This document shows, piece by piece, positions 19,686 to 30,747 of a stretch of 64,000 nt of DNA (positions are counted from its first letter, which is position 1; each line of letters begins with the position of its first letter). The DNA comes from an uncultured bacterium (GTDB lineage Bacteria; Zixibacteria; MSB-5A5; CAIYYT01), in NCBI GenBank assembly GCA_963726455.1, contig CAVSCK010000003.1:672001-736000 (forward strand), in the 5' to 3' direction. A program made the position numbers and the translations under genes. Under the pieces are notes generated by a model. That model had not been told where the DNA came from. It made no database searches and was given only the letters and a program-made list of their open reading frames with translations.

Positions 19686-21318
19686 AGAACCAATCGACAA
19701 GCGGCAGCTTTGGACGCTGCTCAAGATCAGTCTCAAGACCGACCTGAGAGCATCTTCGTCTCGAGTCGGCGGCGAAAGACGCAGCGGGTTGGCGCTTCCG
19801 CCGATACTATTGCTGGTACTGATGTACGGTATTCTTTCGGCTTTCCTGTCGGCTGCCGTGATAAAGACCGACGACGTCTTTCTCGGCAACTTCATTGTCA
19901 TCACGGTGCAGATGGTATTCATGGCTGTCACGATATTGCTGGAGTTCTCGAATCTGATTCTGTCACCCGAGGATTTCCCGATCCTGTCGCCGCATCCTGT
20001 CAATTCACGGACATTTTTTGTCGCGAAATTGCTGCACATGATGATCTATGTCATGTTGCTCGCTGTGTTACTGGGCCTGGCGCCTGCGGTTGTAACCGCG
20101 GTTCACTTCAAACAGCCGCTCCTCTTTGTTCCGAGCTTTCTTGGCTGTTGGGCGGCGGCGACGGCGACGGCCTTCTTCTTCGCAGTGTTCTATACCGTCA
20201 TGCTGCGTCTGACCAATCGCGACCGTATGCATCGCTACCTGAGTTACTTGCAACTTATCATGATATTCATGTTGTTTGGCGGCTACAATTTCCTACCGGG
20301 TCTATTCCGAAAGATCATTTTGCTCATGAAGTCGGGTATCAATCTCACGTATCTTTATATGACCCCACCAGGTTGGTTCGCGTCCTGGGCGGAATTAGCT
20401 CACGGGAGCTTTAGCGCTTCACAGATCTGGGCCACTGCTGCAGGCTTGATTGTCTTGGTCACCCTCTATTTTCTGGCAGTTAACAAACTCTCATTTGGAT
20501 ACGCCAAGACGCTGAACGATATCGTGGAGCAACAGCAAGATAGAGGCGAGTCACGAAATCGGAGCGGATTGTTCGAGCGGCTGCTGTCGACGTTTAGCAC
20601 ACCGGAGGATCGTGTGGTCTGGCGTCTGATGCAGAAGCAATTCAAATATGACAATCGCTACAAAATGTCGCTCTTGATGATCTTCCCGCTTACGGTGCTT
20701 TATCTATACTTGGGACTGAAAGATGGCAAAACGTTTGTCGATCCGTTCGTGCCGGCAGGCGGGCTCTCCGTCGAATCGGCTTCCTTTCTAGTCTACATGG
20801 CGCTTTCGTTCGTGCCGTTCATGGTAGTGACAAATTCGTCTTACAGCGCATCCTGGCAAGCTTCGTGGCTATTTTATGCGTCGCCTGCCAATCGGACAAG
20901 ACTCGTGAACGCCACCAACCGATTCGCCCTGATCTTCTTCTGTCTCCCCTACTTGTTGTTCCTCTGCGCGATCCTGGCTTACTTCTTTGGAAACATTCTG
21001 CATGCCATCCTGCATTGCATCGTCTTATACCTTTTTCTACTTGCATTAGTTGGGGCCACTTCATTGATACTCCCGCGACTACCGTTTGCCCTGCCGCAGA
21101 AATCGGGCCAACGCGCCGGCGCTATGATGGCCGCGATGCTGGTTCCGACCACTATCTTGATCGTTGCCATGACTATACTGTCGCATACCGGATACGGCGG
21201 CGTGATCGGCTACAGCACTATCGTCATCGCTCTGATTCTGGCTTCTCTCTTGATGTCCTATTTACAGAGACGCTTCACTCCCCGACGTATGGCGAAGCTG
21301 GAATTTCTCGAATCCTAA
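19666..21318 (+). CDS. ABC exporter permease (multi-pass membrane protein)
   Basis: About 12 hydrophobic segments; overlaps the ATPase gene. Confidence 0.8.
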   Translation: MNKMASREPIDKRQLWTLLKISLKTDLRASSSRVGGERRSGLALPPILLLVLMYGILSAFLSAAVIKTDDVFLGNFIVITVQMVFMAVTILLEFSNLILSPEDFPILSPHPVNSRTFFVAKLLHMMIYVMLLAVLLGLAPAVVTAVHFKQPLLFVPSFLGCWAAATATAFFFAVFYTVMLRLTNRDRMHRYLSYLQLIMIFMLFGGYNFLPGLFRKIILLMKSGINLTYLYMTPPGWFASWAELAHGSFSASQIWATAAGLIVLVTLYFLAVNKLSFGYAKTLNDIVEQQQDRGESRNRSGLFERLLSTFSTPEDRVVWRLMQKQFKYDNRYKMSLLMIFPLTVLYLYLGLKDGKTFVDPFVPAGGLSVESASFLVYMALSFVPFMVVTNSSYSASWQASWLFYASPANRTRLVNATNRFALIFFCLPYLLFLCAILAYFFGNILHAILHCIVLYLFLLALVGATSLILPRLPFALPQKSGQRAGAMMAAMLVPTTILIVAMTILSHTGYGGVIGYSTIVIALILASLLMSYLQRRFTPRRMAKLEFLES

Positions 21319-21341
21319 CTAAGCGGTCTGCCTCACGGGAC

Positions 21342-21986
21342 TCAAAAGTAAAGCGACATTCCGAGGCGCGCGCCGCGGGATTGAATTGCGTAGGATTTGG
21401 CCTCAGTTCTTGCTGTTGTTCCAATTCCACCACTAAATGATTCGTTTTCGGAAGAACTGTATCCCAGGAATAGGCCGTACTCCCCGAACAGCGAAATTCC
21501 GCTAGTTACAAACCATTCACCGCCGATCAGAAGGTCGGCACCCAGTCCCCATTCTGACTGCTCAGTGTGAGCTAATCCGTGGTCGAGTTCCTGACTACCT
21601 GACGTGTAGGCGAAGCGGGGCCCGGTTCCCACAAAAGCGCCTAGTCGATTGGATGGCGAATAGTAGTAGAGGTATTGGAGACTTATCTCGGAGCGGAATT
21701 GCTTGGTGGTCGTAGTTCGGGCTTGTTGATAATTGTTGGTTCTTTCCTTATCAAAGAATACCGTCACTCCGGCTCGGATTGCCGAACTGGGTGAATAGTG
21801 GCGTTTGGCTGCGACCGTAGCTCCGCCGAAACTGGTCAGACTGGCGTTCTGTGCGATGCCGAACTGCAGCGACCACGAGCCCTTCTTCAATGATTCGCGG
21901 GCATACTCGGAGTCCGCGGCAACCAGACATGATGCGGTAAGCAGCAGTGCTGAAACGACCGTGACGAGGATTTTGTTCGCACTCAT
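21342..21986 (-). CDS. Small outer-membrane beta-barrel protein
   Basis: Signal peptide, alternating amphipathic strands, C-terminal aromatic 'LGMSLYF'. Confidence 0.75.
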   Translation of the reverse strand: MSANKILVTVVSALLLTASCLVAADSEYARESLKKGSWSLQFGIAQNASLTSFGGATVAAKRHYSPSSAIRAGVTVFFDKERTNNYQQARTTTTKQFRSEISLQYLYYYSPSNRLGAFVGTGPRFAYTSGSQELDHGLAHTEQSEWGLGADLLIGGEWFVTSGISLFGEYGLFLGYSSSENESFSGGIGTTARTEAKSYAIQSRGARLGMSLYF

Positions 21987-22268
21987 GGGAGTCTCCCTTT
22001 CTGTTGGGCAGTTATCTGTTTAGTTCTTTCTGTCTCTGGCCTCGGGCTTTGACAGCAAAGCTCAACTAAGTCCATTCTAGGGCAAACGGACCCGATTACC
22101 AAAACATCTGTGAACCAGACTTCTACATCTTCGACATTTAGATATACAACCAGCTTGTGGCAATATGCCCATCTTTTTCGAAAATCGTGCCTCCCGGCGA
22201 ACCCGAGGTTTGTATATTATTACAGATTACTTCAGCGTGGGGGCGTCGACCATAACTGTGAGGATTTC

Positions 22269-22859
22269 ATGATTACGCCCAAGGTTCGCGACATCGTGAC
22301 TATGATTGCCATGCTTACATTATTTGTTCTGTTGTCAAATCCTGCCGACGTGGTTGCTCAATCGGTCGCGCCCGCCGACAGTGTGCACTGGGTCGATCTG
22401 GAATCGGGATTTGCAACTGCCCGGTCAGCAAATAAGCCCGTCTTTCTCTGGTTCTATGGCGACGACTGCCCCTACTGCCAGAAAATGCGGGAGAAGGTTT
22501 ACACCGACACCGGAGTAGTCCGGCGCCTCAACGCCAGTTTCGTGCCGATCAAAATCGAGGGCTCATCCCAGAAGCGGATCACTTACGACAGCGTCAGCAT
22601 GACCGAAGCAGATTTCGCGAGACAGAAGTTCAACGCCCGCCGCATTCCGTCAACCTGGTTCGTCGAACCGAACGGCTGCCGCATCCGGCATCTCAGTGGG
22701 TACAGACCAGTTGGCGATATGATAATTAATCTCGATTCCGTCGCGACCAAGCTGTATGGCGAATGCCAGAACGTGTCCCTCGCCAATCCGCCACGAAAAC
22801 CGACCCTGCTGCCTGATTCGCTCTGGAAACCGCCGGCTGCGGACTCGACGAAGAAATAA
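22269..22859 (+). CDS. Periplasmic thioredoxin-family protein (SoxW-like)
   Basis: Signal peptide; 'KPVFLWFYGDDCPYCQKM'; ATG 22269 with GAGGA RBS. Confidence 0.8.
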   Translation: MITPKVRDIVTMIAMLTLFVLLSNPADVVAQSVAPADSVHWVDLESGFATARSANKPVFLWFYGDDCPYCQKMREKVYTDTGVVRRLNASFVPIKIEGSSQKRITYDSVSMTEADFARQKFNARRIPSTWFVEPNGCRIRHLSGYRPVGDMIINLDSVATKLYGECQNVSLANPPRKPTLLPDSLWKPPAADSTKK

Positions 22860-22900
22860 GCAGGAGTAAGTCGAGCGCCAACGTCGTGAGTTGCGCTTGG

Positions 22901-25723
22901 CTAGGCCTTCAATTCCTCTTTCAGAAACTGTCCCGTATAAGATTCCTTAACCCGTGCGACGTCTTCGGGAGTGCCGATGGCAATGACTCTGCCACCATCA
23001 TCGCCACCTTCGGGGCCAAGGTCAATGATATAGTCTGCTGTCTTGATGACGTCAAGATTGTGCTCGATCACGACCACCGTGTTGCCACGATTTACCAATT
23101 CATTCAGAACCAATAACAGCATCTTGATGTCTTCGAAGTGCAGGCCGGTCGTCGGCTCATCAAGGATATAGAGCGTGTTGCCGGTGGCAGTCTTGGAAAG
23201 CTCGGTCGCCAGCTTGACACGTTGGGCTTCACCACCGGAAAGCGTGGTGGCCTGCTGGCCCAGATGGATATATCCCAGGCCCACTTGCTCCAGAACTTCG
23301 AGCTTCTTTCTCAGTGGAGGAATGCTGGCAAAAAACGGCGATGCCTCCGACACGGTCATGTCGAGAACTTCGGCGATTGACTTCCCTTTGTATTTCACTT
23401 CCAGAGTCTCGCGATTGTAGCGCTGTCCATGACAGACCTCGCATGGCACATAGACATCCGGCAGGAAATGCATTTCGATCTTGATGATGCCGTCCCCTTC
23501 GCAGGCCTCACATCGTCCGCCCTTGACATTAAAACTGAATCGTCCCGGCTGATAACCGCGGAGTTTCGATTCGGGCAGCTGAGCATAGAGATCGCGAATG
23601 AAGGTAAAGGTGCCGGTGTACGTCGCCGGATTGGATCGCGGAGTGCGGCCGATCGGCGACTGATCGATATCAATTACCTTATCTAGCAAATCCAGACCGA
23701 CGATCTTGTCGTATCCCAACGGCTCCTGGCGTGAATCCCAGAAGTGTTTGGAGAGTATTCGATAGAGTGTCTCATTGATCAAAGTTGATTTGCCCGAACC
23801 GGATACGCCGGTCACGCAGGTGAGCACGCCGATGGGAATGTCGATATCGACCTTCTTGAGATTGTTCCCGCGTGCGCCTTTGATGGCCAGCCATTTGCCG
23901 TTGCCGTTGCGGCGCCGCGCTGGAATCGGAATCGTCTTCTTGTGCGAAAGATACTGACCGGTGATTGACTTAGGATTGCGCATAATCTGGGCCGGCGTAC
24001 CTGCGGCGACTATCTTGCCGCCATTAATTCCGGCGCCGGGTCCAAGGTCAACGACATAGTCGGCGCGCTGAATGGTTTCGCGATCATGTTCGACCACGAG
24101 CACCGTATTGCCCAGGTCGCGCAGCTCCATCAAGGTGTTAAGCAATCGGCCGTTATCTCGCTGGTGCAGACCGATCGACGGCTCATCGAGAATGTAGAGC
24201 ACACCTACTAGCCGCGAACCGATCTGAGTTGCCAGGCGAATGCGCTGCGCTTCACCGCCGGACAACGTCGAGGCCACACGGTCGAGGGTCAGATAATCGA
24301 GCCCGACGTTGACGAGAAAGCCGAGGCGCTCCTTAACTTCTTTCAAAATCTGCCGGGCAATGGTTGCCTGTTTGTCAGTCAGCGACAATTTCTGAAAGAA
24401 CTTATGCGCATCCTTCACCGACATACCCGTTACACCGTTGATTGGCTGACTGCCCACGTATACCGACATTGCCTCACGCTTGAGACGCGAGCCCTTGCAG
24501 ATTTGACAAGGCGACATCGACATGTACTGCTCGATCCAACTGCGCACTCCGGCCGATTCGGTCTGTTTGTAGCGCCTTTCCAGATGCGGGATCACGCCTT
24601 CGAATTTGCTCTTGAATTGGCCTTTGTGGCGGCCCTCGCGCGATTCGTACTTGAACAGCAATTCGGCAGTAGATCCGTACAGGACTGCATGCTGTTGCTC
24701 TTTGGTAAGGTCAGCAAAGGGAGTCGTGAACTTGAAGCCAAAATGATCGGCAACTGCGCGCAACATCGTGCGATACCAGTTGGCCATATCAGAACGCCAG
24801 GGATGGATGGCGCCATCATTGATGGACAACATAGGATCGGGAACCACGCGCTCGGGGTCGATCTCCATCTTATGTCCGAGTCCGAGGCAGCCGGTACAGG
24901 CGCCGTAAGGCGAGTTGAACGAAAACATGCGCGGCGACAACTCTTCGAAAGAGATGTCGCAATTCGGGCAGGCGTATTGCGTCGAGAAGGCGCGCGCCGG
25001 TTCGTTGCCCTGCACGATCGATACCATGCCGCCGGACAACTTGATGGCGGTTTCAATTGAGTCCGCCAACCGTGTCGTAATCGTCGGCTTGACAACAAGG
25101 CGGTCTACCACTACCTCGATCGTGTGCTTCTTATTCTTGTCAAGTTTGATCTCGCTGTCGAGATCTTTCGGCTCGCCGTCAATCCGCACCCTCACAAAGC
25201 CATCTTTTCTGATGTCGTCCAATACATCGCGATGTTCGCCCTTGCGACCACGCACCATCGGCGACAGCACCTGGATACGGCTGTTTTCGGGGTATTCCAT
25301 CACGGCATCAACGATCTGAGAAACGGTCTGCTGTGCTATCAGTGCGCCGCACTGATAGCAATGCGGCTCACCGACGCGGGCATAGAGAAGCCGGAGATAG
25401 TCGTAAATCTCCGTTACCGTGGCGACGGTCGATCGTGGATTTTTGCTAGCCGAACGTTGCTCGATACTGATTGCCGGCGACAGTCCGTCGATGAAATCAA
25501 CATCCGGTTTTTCCATCAGGCCGAGGAATTGACGGGCATACGCCGACAGCGACTCGACATAGCGGCGTTGCCCCTCGGCGTAAATAGTGTCAAAGGCGAG
25601 TGATGACTTTCCCGAACCCGACAAACCGGTGATAACCACCAGTTGGTCGCGCGGGATGTTCACATCGATATTCTTGAGGTTATGTTCGCGAGCCCCCTTA
25701 ATTCGTATATATTCAGCCGACAT
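22901..25723 (-). CDS. uvrA: Excinuclease ABC subunit A
   Basis: [23 protein letters not shown], two LSGGEAQR signatures and Zn fingers. Confidence 0.99.
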   Translation of the reverse strand: MSAEYIRIKGAREHNLKNIDVNIPRDQLVVITGLSGSGKSSLAFDTIYAEGQRRYVESLSAYARQFLGLMEKPDVDFIDGLSPAISIEQRSASKNPRSTVATVTEIYDYLRLLYARVGEPHCYQCGALIAQQTVSQIVDAVMEYPENSRIQVLSPMVRGRKGEHRDVLDDIRKDGFVRVRIDGEPKDLDSEIKLDKNKKHTIEVVVDRLVVKPTITTRLADSIETAIKLSGGMVSIVQGNEPARAFSTQYACPNCDISFEELSPRMFSFNSPYGACTGCLGLGHKMEIDPERVVPDPMLSINDGAIHPWRSDMANWYRTMLRAVADHFGFKFTTPFADLTKEQQHAVLYGSTAELLFKYESREGRHKGQFKSKFEGVIPHLERRYKQTESAGVRSWIEQYMSMSPCQICKGSRLKREAMSVYVGSQPINGVTGMSVKDAHKFFQKLSLTDKQATIARQILKEVKERLGFLVNVGLDYLTLDRVASTLSGGEAQRIRLATQIGSRLVGVLYILDEPSIGLHQRDNGRLLNTLMELRDLGNTVLVVEHDRETIQRADYVVDLGPGAGINGGKIVAAGTPAQIMRNPKSITGQYLSHKKTIPIPARRRNGNGKWLAIKGARGNNLKKVDIDIPIGVLTCVTGVSGSGKSTLINETLYRILSKHFWDSRQEPLGYDKIVGLDLLDKVIDIDQSPIGRTPRSNPATYTGTFTFIRDLYAQLPESKLRGYQPGRFSFNVKGGRCEACEGDGIIKIEMHFLPDVYVPCEVCHGQRYNRETLEVKYKGKSIAEVLDMTVSEASPFFASIPPLRKKLEVLEQVGLGYIHLGQQATTLSGGEAQRVKLATELSKTATGNTLYILDEPTTGLHFEDIKMLLLVLNELVNRGNTVVVIEHNLDVIKTADYIIDLGPEGGDDGGRVIAIGTPEDVARVKESYTGQFLKEELKA

Positions 25724-25753
25724 CAATTACCTCCAAAACAAGCGCAACCTTGG

Positions 25754-25782
25754 AATATAGATACGCAGAGTAGCACGCGCAA
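25754..25782 (-). promoter_or_regulatory. Sigma70-type promoter TTGCGC-17-TATATT for uvrA
   Basis: Hexamers and spacer read on the minus strand, upstream of a GGAGGT RBS. Confidence 0.55.
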
Positions 25783-25868
25783 TCACTATTAGGTGTTCTC
25801 TGGCAAACTGGTGAAGAGTGATTGCCAAATGGTGTGGAAGCGGCTGAGAAAACCCACTGCGGGCTTGG

Positions 25869-26294
25869 CTAGCCGGTGGCGCGCAATCGGTTGTAATACA
25901 ATATGCTGGACAAGACCATGCCAAGGCCGATCGCGAGATAGATCGGCGCCAGATAAGTTCTGGGCAGGCCCGAATGACGGAGCCCATAACCCATAGCCAT
26001 CATGACTACGATGATGATGTAGCTGCGCGTGTTCTGGAAGGCGAAGATACAGACTCTGTCTTTTTGTGGCGCTTGTTCATATATACGAACGAGGTTCTTT
26101 CTTACCAGTCCGGCGAAACCGAAGCGATACACGATGTATCCTCCGCAGACACCAATCGAACTCACTACGAGGACGGAGTGGTTCTCGGTCAGCAGCCAGT
26201 GTACGGCTACGGAGATCAAGGCGAGACCTACCAGTGACCACACCAAACCGGCCATAAGTACGAGCGTTTCTCTGCGTGCTGCGGGAGCGTTCAT
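25869..26294 (-). CDS. Small four-TM hypothetical membrane protein
   Basis: Four hydrophobic helices; ATG at 26294. Confidence 0.6.
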   Translation of the reverse strand: MNAPAARRETLVLMAGLVWSLVGLALISVAVHWLLTENHSVLVVSSIGVCGGYIVYRFGFAGLVRKNLVRIYEQAPQKDRVCIFAFQNTRSYIIIVVMMAMGYGLRHSGLPRTYLAPIYLAIGLGMVLSSILYYNRLRATG

Positions 26295-26436
26295 GCCGAA
26301 AAATAATATCTGGTTCAATTTGCGGGTACTAGAAAACGAGCACCGGTACTCCATGGCTGAATAATTGTCGCCTGCGTGCGTCGATTACCTGCGAGGCAAT
26401 TTGAAATGAGTATGTCTCCGGGGAAATCCAGCCAAC

Positions 26437-26463
26437 AAAAAAGGCAGCCAAAACGGCTGCCTT
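26437..26463 (-). terminator. Intrinsic terminator after the PEP-CTERM gene
   Basis: AAGGCAGCC/GGCTGCCTT stem with a U-tract on the minus strand. Confidence 0.8.
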
Positions 26464-26489
26464 CTACATCAGCTTAACTGACGCTACAA

Positions 26490-27122
26490 TTACTTGGTGC
26501 GTCTGCGCAGGGTGCCGATTCCGGCCAGTCCCAGACCAAGCAGCATCAGAGTGCCCGGTTCCGGAACTACGTTCTGATCCTGCTCTTGACAGTAATCAAG
26601 CATTAGGATGGAGCGGTCAAGGCGGAACCTACGCTCGCCGGCCGTGATTCTGCAGTCGATCGTACCGTCGTTCCAGAATCCCGGTTCGTCTACGTGAGCC
26701 AGGTTGTACGTGGTATTATCCTGCAGGTGATCGTTCAACGGATCCCAGTCGAAGGTGCCTTCGATGCGAATCTCGTTTTCATTATTATCGATTTCATAAC
26801 CGTCGATCCAGAGACGCGCTCTGAGAATGTGATCCGGCGGTACTGAGAGGCCGTTCGGAAGCGTGTGGGCCCAGTTCATGTCGTCCGGATAGCCATGCTG
26901 AGTGCCAATCCACTCACCAAGTGGACCTGAGGCCGAGCTGCCGTCGTAGAAGTTGACCAGCGACGCATAATCATAGGTATGATTGTCACCGCTGAACCCA
27001 TACGCGGCTCCGCCAGCGAAGTCCCAGTTCGAGTAGATGAATTCGGCCGAGGCGAATGCCATTAGCTGCGCAGGCACCAACATGAGTGCGAGTACAACTA
27101 GACCATAGACTAGAAATTTCAT
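26490..27122 (-). CDS. PEP-CTERM sorting-domain surface protein
   Basis: Signal peptide MKFLVYGL...; C-terminal 'VPEPGTLMLLGLGLAGIGTLRRRTK'; GGAGG RBS. Confidence 0.92.
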   Translation of the reverse strand: MKFLVYGLVVLALMLVPAQLMAFASAEFIYSNWDFAGGAAYGFSGDNHTYDYASLVNFYDGSSASGPLGEWIGTQHGYPDDMNWAHTLPNGLSVPPDHILRARLWIDGYEIDNNENEIRIEGTFDWDPLNDHLQDNTTYNLAHVDEPGFWNDGTIDCRITAGERRFRLDRSILMLDYCQEQDQNVVPEPGTLMLLGLGLAGIGTLRRRTK

Positions 27123-27170
27123 TTGTCCTCCTGAATAAAACCAAAGTTTTATGTTGTCGCGCACGTCAAA

Positions 27171-27186
27171 AGCAATTGACGTGCCA
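27171..27186 (-). promoter_or_regulatory. Sigma-54 (-24/-12) promoter of the PEP-CTERM gene
   Basis: TGGCACGTCAATTGCT matches the TGGCACG-N4-TTGCW consensus exactly. Confidence 0.85.
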
Positions 27187-27272
27187 ATTCGCGATTGCGC
27201 GCATAACGCACGGTGTTTCAATGCGATACACATAGGAGAGGCACTAAGTCCCATCTTACCAAACATGCCAAA

Positions 27273-27389
27273 TGTCCAATAATGCGACAGTTTGGCTTAA
27301 AAAATCGAGTCCGGACAGAACTATTGCGCTATGTAACAAGAAGTTACGATTCACGCAGGCGAAACAAAACCGTGTCGGAATTGTTGACA
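27273..27389. promoter_or_regulatory. Two TGTC-N9-GACA palindromes (candidate enhancer-binding-protein sites)
   Basis: TGTCCAATAATGCGACA (27273-27289) and TGTCGGAATTGTTGACA (27373-27389), 100 bp apart, upstream of the sigma-54 site. Confidence 0.55.
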
Positions 27390-27463
27390 AAATCGCACGA
27401 GAATTGGCCTATTTGCTGTGAAATCAGCAAGGCAGACAGTTGTGCGCCTCATACGGTGGAAAT

Positions 27464-28051
27464 TCAGAGTTTTTTGCGCACAATCGCCCGACTAGCTGAC
27501 GGGCGCTTGGCTTCCTTGAATCCGGCCTTGATATAGGCGGGCAAAACGCCGGTCCAGACCCAGGGGTCGGGCAGCTTCTTGGTAGTTATTGATGGATAGC
27601 CCTCGATCACAATGCCACCCTGCGAACGAGCGTAGTCTTGAGCCGCCCTTAACATGGCGACCGAGACCCCGGCTCTGCGGTACGCCGGGTTTACGAATAA
27701 GCAGCTGACTGACCAAACCGGCTGGTCATCAAGGGGAGCAAATGACCGCGATTTCTCCAATCGCACGAAGGTCTCGCGGGGCGCCACAGAACACCAGCCA
27801 ATCGGAATTGCGCCGTCGTAAGCCAGGATCCCGGGGACTTGGCCTGACTTGATCAGCTTCCTGAAGGCCTTCTTGTTACCGTCGCCTTTTCCTGCCACGA
27901 ATTCTTTGCGGGAGCAGCGCCAATACATGCACCAACAACCGGCGCAAGCGCCCCGCTCACCGAACAGCTTCGCGAGATCGTCCCAGCGATCTTTGGTCAC
28001 CGGTTCGAAGTGCAGCTTGGCACCCGCTTTAGAAGCGGCCGTCTTCTTCAT
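27464..28051 (-). CDS. GNAT-family acetyltransferase
   Basis: CWCMYWR, GWCSVAPR, WSVSCLFV.P.YRRAGV and IEGYP motifs. Confidence 0.85.
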   Translation of the reverse strand: MKKTAASKAGAKLHFEPVTKDRWDDLAKLFGERGACAGCWCMYWRCSRKEFVAGKGDGNKKAFRKLIKSGQVPGILAYDGAIPIGWCSVAPRETFVRLEKSRSFAPLDDQPVWSVSCLFVNPAYRRAGVSVAMLRAAQDYARSQGGIVIEGYPSITTKKLPDPWVWTGVLPAYIKAGFKEAKRPSASRAIVRKKL

Positions 28052-28120
28052 CTCTCGTTACCTCCGCTCTCGGAATACGCCGTCTTCCTCAAGATGTTGT
28101 CCCATTCCTGCGAGAGCAAC

Positions 28121-28146
28121 AAAAAGGGCAGCCAAATGGCTGCCCT
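28121..28146 (-). terminator. Intrinsic terminator after maeB
   Basis: AGGGCAGCC/GGCTGCCCT stem with a U-tract. Confidence 0.8.
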
Positions 28147-28177
28147 CGATAATCGCGTTAAGAATTGCCTGACTGTA

Positions 28178-30433
28178 CTAATGCTTCCGGCAATCACTCG
28201 CTTCAACAGTGGCCAGCGCCGCCATCGTTACGACCTGCTCGACATCATTCTGGCGATGCAGGACGTGCACTGATTTCTTCATACCCATCAGGATCGGGCC
28301 GATGATTTCGGCGTTGCCGAGTTTGTTCATCAGCTTGTAGGCGATATTCCCCGAAGCCAATTCCGGGAAGATAAATACGTTCGCTTGTTCCTGTAATTTA
28401 CTGAAAGGATACATCGACTTGAGCATCTCGGGATCGGCTGCAGTATCGGCCTGCATGTCGCCATCGACAACCAGTTCCGGATGTTCGCGATGAAGTATTT
28501 CGACGGCCTTCTGCACCTTCTTGACCAACGGATGCTTGACCGATCCGAAGTTGGAGAAGGACAGCAGCGCGATCCGCGGTTCGACACCGAAGCGCCTGGC
28601 AGTCTCAGCACAGCAGAGCGTGATTTCCACCAGTTGCTCCGCCGTCGGATCGATATTCACGGTAGTATCTCCGAAGAAGTACAGCTTGTTCTTGATCATC
28701 AGCACAAACATCCCGCTCACGACCGAAAGGTCTTCACGCTTGCCAATGACTTCCAGCGCCGGACGGATGGTCTCTGGATAGTGCTGCGTCACGCCGGCCA
28801 GGAACGCATCGGCGTCCCCCATGTGTACCATCATCGTGCCGAAGTAGTTTGGATTGTGCATCAGCGCGCGGGATTCGTCCAGTGCTACGCCTTTCTTCTG
28901 GCGCAGCCGGAACAGCTCATTGACATACTTTTCGTAGAATTGGCTAGTGCGCGGCCTAATGATCTCGATACCGGAAAGATCGATATCATTCTGTTGCGCG
29001 ATCTCTTTGATTTCATCCTCGCGGCCCAACAGCATCGGCTTGGCAAATCCTTCGTCAACAATGATGCGCGCGGCGCGCATAATCTGAGTCGAAGAACCTT
29101 CGCTGAAGACGATGCGTTTCGGGGCCTTCTTGGCGCGGTCAATCATCATGCTGCGAATCTCGCGTCCCATGCCGAGGCGGTGTTCGAGTTGACGCTTGTA
29201 TTCCTCGATATCAACTTTCGAGCGAGCTACTCCGCATTCCATCGCGGCCTGCGCCACGGCGGACGCTTCCCAAATCAACACGCGCGGATCGAACGGTTTG
29301 GGGATAATGTACTCGCGGCTGAACTTGAAACTGGAGACGCCATAAGCGCGCGCCACAATATCGGGAACGTCTTCCTTGGCCAATCTTGACAACGCCATCG
29401 AAGCCGCGATCTTCATCGGTTCGGTGATCGCGCTGGCGTGAACGTCGAGGGCGCCGCGGAATATGAACGGAAATCCCAGCACGTTGTTGACCTGGTTGGG
29501 ATAGTCGGAGCGCCCGGTCGCCATGATGACGTCCTTGCGGGCGTCTTTTGCGTCCGGGTAGGTGATTTCGGGGTCGGGATTTGCCATCGCGAAAATGATT
29601 GGATCTTTCGCCATCGACTTGACCATTTCTTTGGTCACCAGATCTTTGGCCGACACACCGACAAATACATCGGCCTCTTTAAGAGCATCTCCGATTGTCT
29701 TGCAGTCGGTCTTGCGCACGAATTCCTGTTTGTATTTGTTCCAGTTTGGTTCACGTCCTTCGTACAAGACGCCTTTGCTGTCGCACATCATGATGTTCTC
29801 AGTCTTGACGCCCAATGCGAGATACAGTTTGGCACAAGCAATGCCTGCGGCGCCGGCGCCGGAAAAGACTACGCGTATTTTGGAGATATCTTTGCCATTA
29901 AGTTCCAAAGCGTTCATCAGCGCAGCTCCAGAAATGATCGCGGTGCCGTGCTGGTCATCATGGAAGACGGGAATTGACATTGTCTTCTTGAGAGTCTCTT
30001 CGATCAAGAAGCATTCGGGTGCCTTGATGTCTTCCAGATTGATTCCGCCGAAAGTCGGTTCCAGGAGCTGAACGACCTTGATTACGTCCTCGGGATTTTC
30101 CGAGGCCACTTCGATGTCGAAAACATCCACGTCGGCAAATCTTTTGAAAAGAACGGCCTTGCCTTCCATGACCGGTTTGCCGGCCAATGCCCCGATGTTT
30201 CCGAGTCCGAGAACGGCTGTGCCGTTGCTGACTACGGCAACGAGGTTCCCCTTGGCAGTATACAAGTAAGCATCGGCAGGATTTTTCTCGATTTCCAAGC
30301 AAGGCACCGCAACACCCGGTGTATATGCGAGAGACAGGTCGCGCTGAGTGGCACACGGCTTGGTCGCGACCACTTCGATCTTGCCCCTGCGTCCCATGGA
30401 ATGATAATCTAGAGCTTCTTCTTTCTTAATCAC
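28178..30433 (-). CDS. maeB: NADP-dependent malic enzyme with a PTA-like C-terminal domain
   Basis: [31 protein letters not shown] and [13 protein letters not shown] motifs; C-terminal LLSFSNFGS and GPILMG. Confidence 0.97.
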   Translation of the reverse strand: MIKKEEALDYHSMGRRGKIEVVATKPCATQRDLSLAYTPGVAVPCLEIEKNPADAYLYTAKGNLVAVVSNGTAVLGLGNIGALAGKPVMEGKAVLFKRFADVDVFDIEVASENPEDVIKVVQLLEPTFGGINLEDIKAPECFLIEETLKKTMSIPVFHDDQHGTAIISGAALMNALELNGKDISKIRVVFSGAGAAGIACAKLYLALGVKTENIMMCDSKGVLYEGREPNWNKYKQEFVRKTDCKTIGDALKEADVFVGVSAKDLVTKEMVKSMAKDPIIFAMANPDPEITYPDAKDARKDVIMATGRSDYPNQVNNVLGFPFIFRGALDVHASAITEPMKIAASMALSRLAKEDVPDIVARAYGVSSFKFSREYIIPKPFDPRVLIWEASAVAQAAMECGVARSKVDIEEYKRQLEHRLGMGREIRSMMIDRAKKAPKRIVFSEGSSTQIMRAARIIVDEGFAKPMLLGREDEIKEIAQQNDIDLSGIEIIRPRTSQFYEKYVNELFRLRQKKGVALDESRALMHNPNYFGTMMVHMGDADAFLAGVTQHYPETIRPALEVIGKREDLSVVSGMFVLMIKNKLYFFGDTTVNIDPTAEQLVEITLCCAETARRFGVEPRIALLSFSNFGSVKHPLVKKVQKAVEILHREHPELVVDGDMQADTAADPEMLKSMYPFSKLQEQANVFIFPELASGNIAYKLMNKLGNAEIIGPILMGMKKSVHVLHRQNDVEQVVTMAALATVEASDCRKH

Positions 30434-30661
30434 TTTTTCCTCTCCTCCGTTATAAGAGCAGTCGCCGGAATATAGTCTTTCTCCTATCGGTCGCCACTAT
30501 ATTTTGCGACTTTCTTGCACAGGTTTGTGCCTATTTTCACAATCTCCCCTGCCAAACCCGATAATTCCTGACTTCTATCATACGTCTGGATACCATGTTC
30601 TGAGGGCTGGGAAATGGGACTATTTTTTTATTTGACACCAATCGGTCTGACAATTACCAAG

Positions 30662-30693
30662 TGGTGGATTAGGTCATGTCATCTAATCCACCA
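30662..30693. repeat. Perfect 11-bp inverted repeat in the divergent intergenic region
   Basis: TGGTGGATTAG-N10-CTAATCCACCA. Confidence 0.7.
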
Positions 30694-30747
30694 ATGTCGC
30701 GTATTATCGCTGAATATCAGTTTCCATACTGGAGGTAAATCAGGGCT

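Noticed and set aside
28481-30071. Long plus-strand ORFs (302, 179 and 169 aa) within maeB
   Set aside because: Antisense shadows caused by codon bias of a well-conserved gene.
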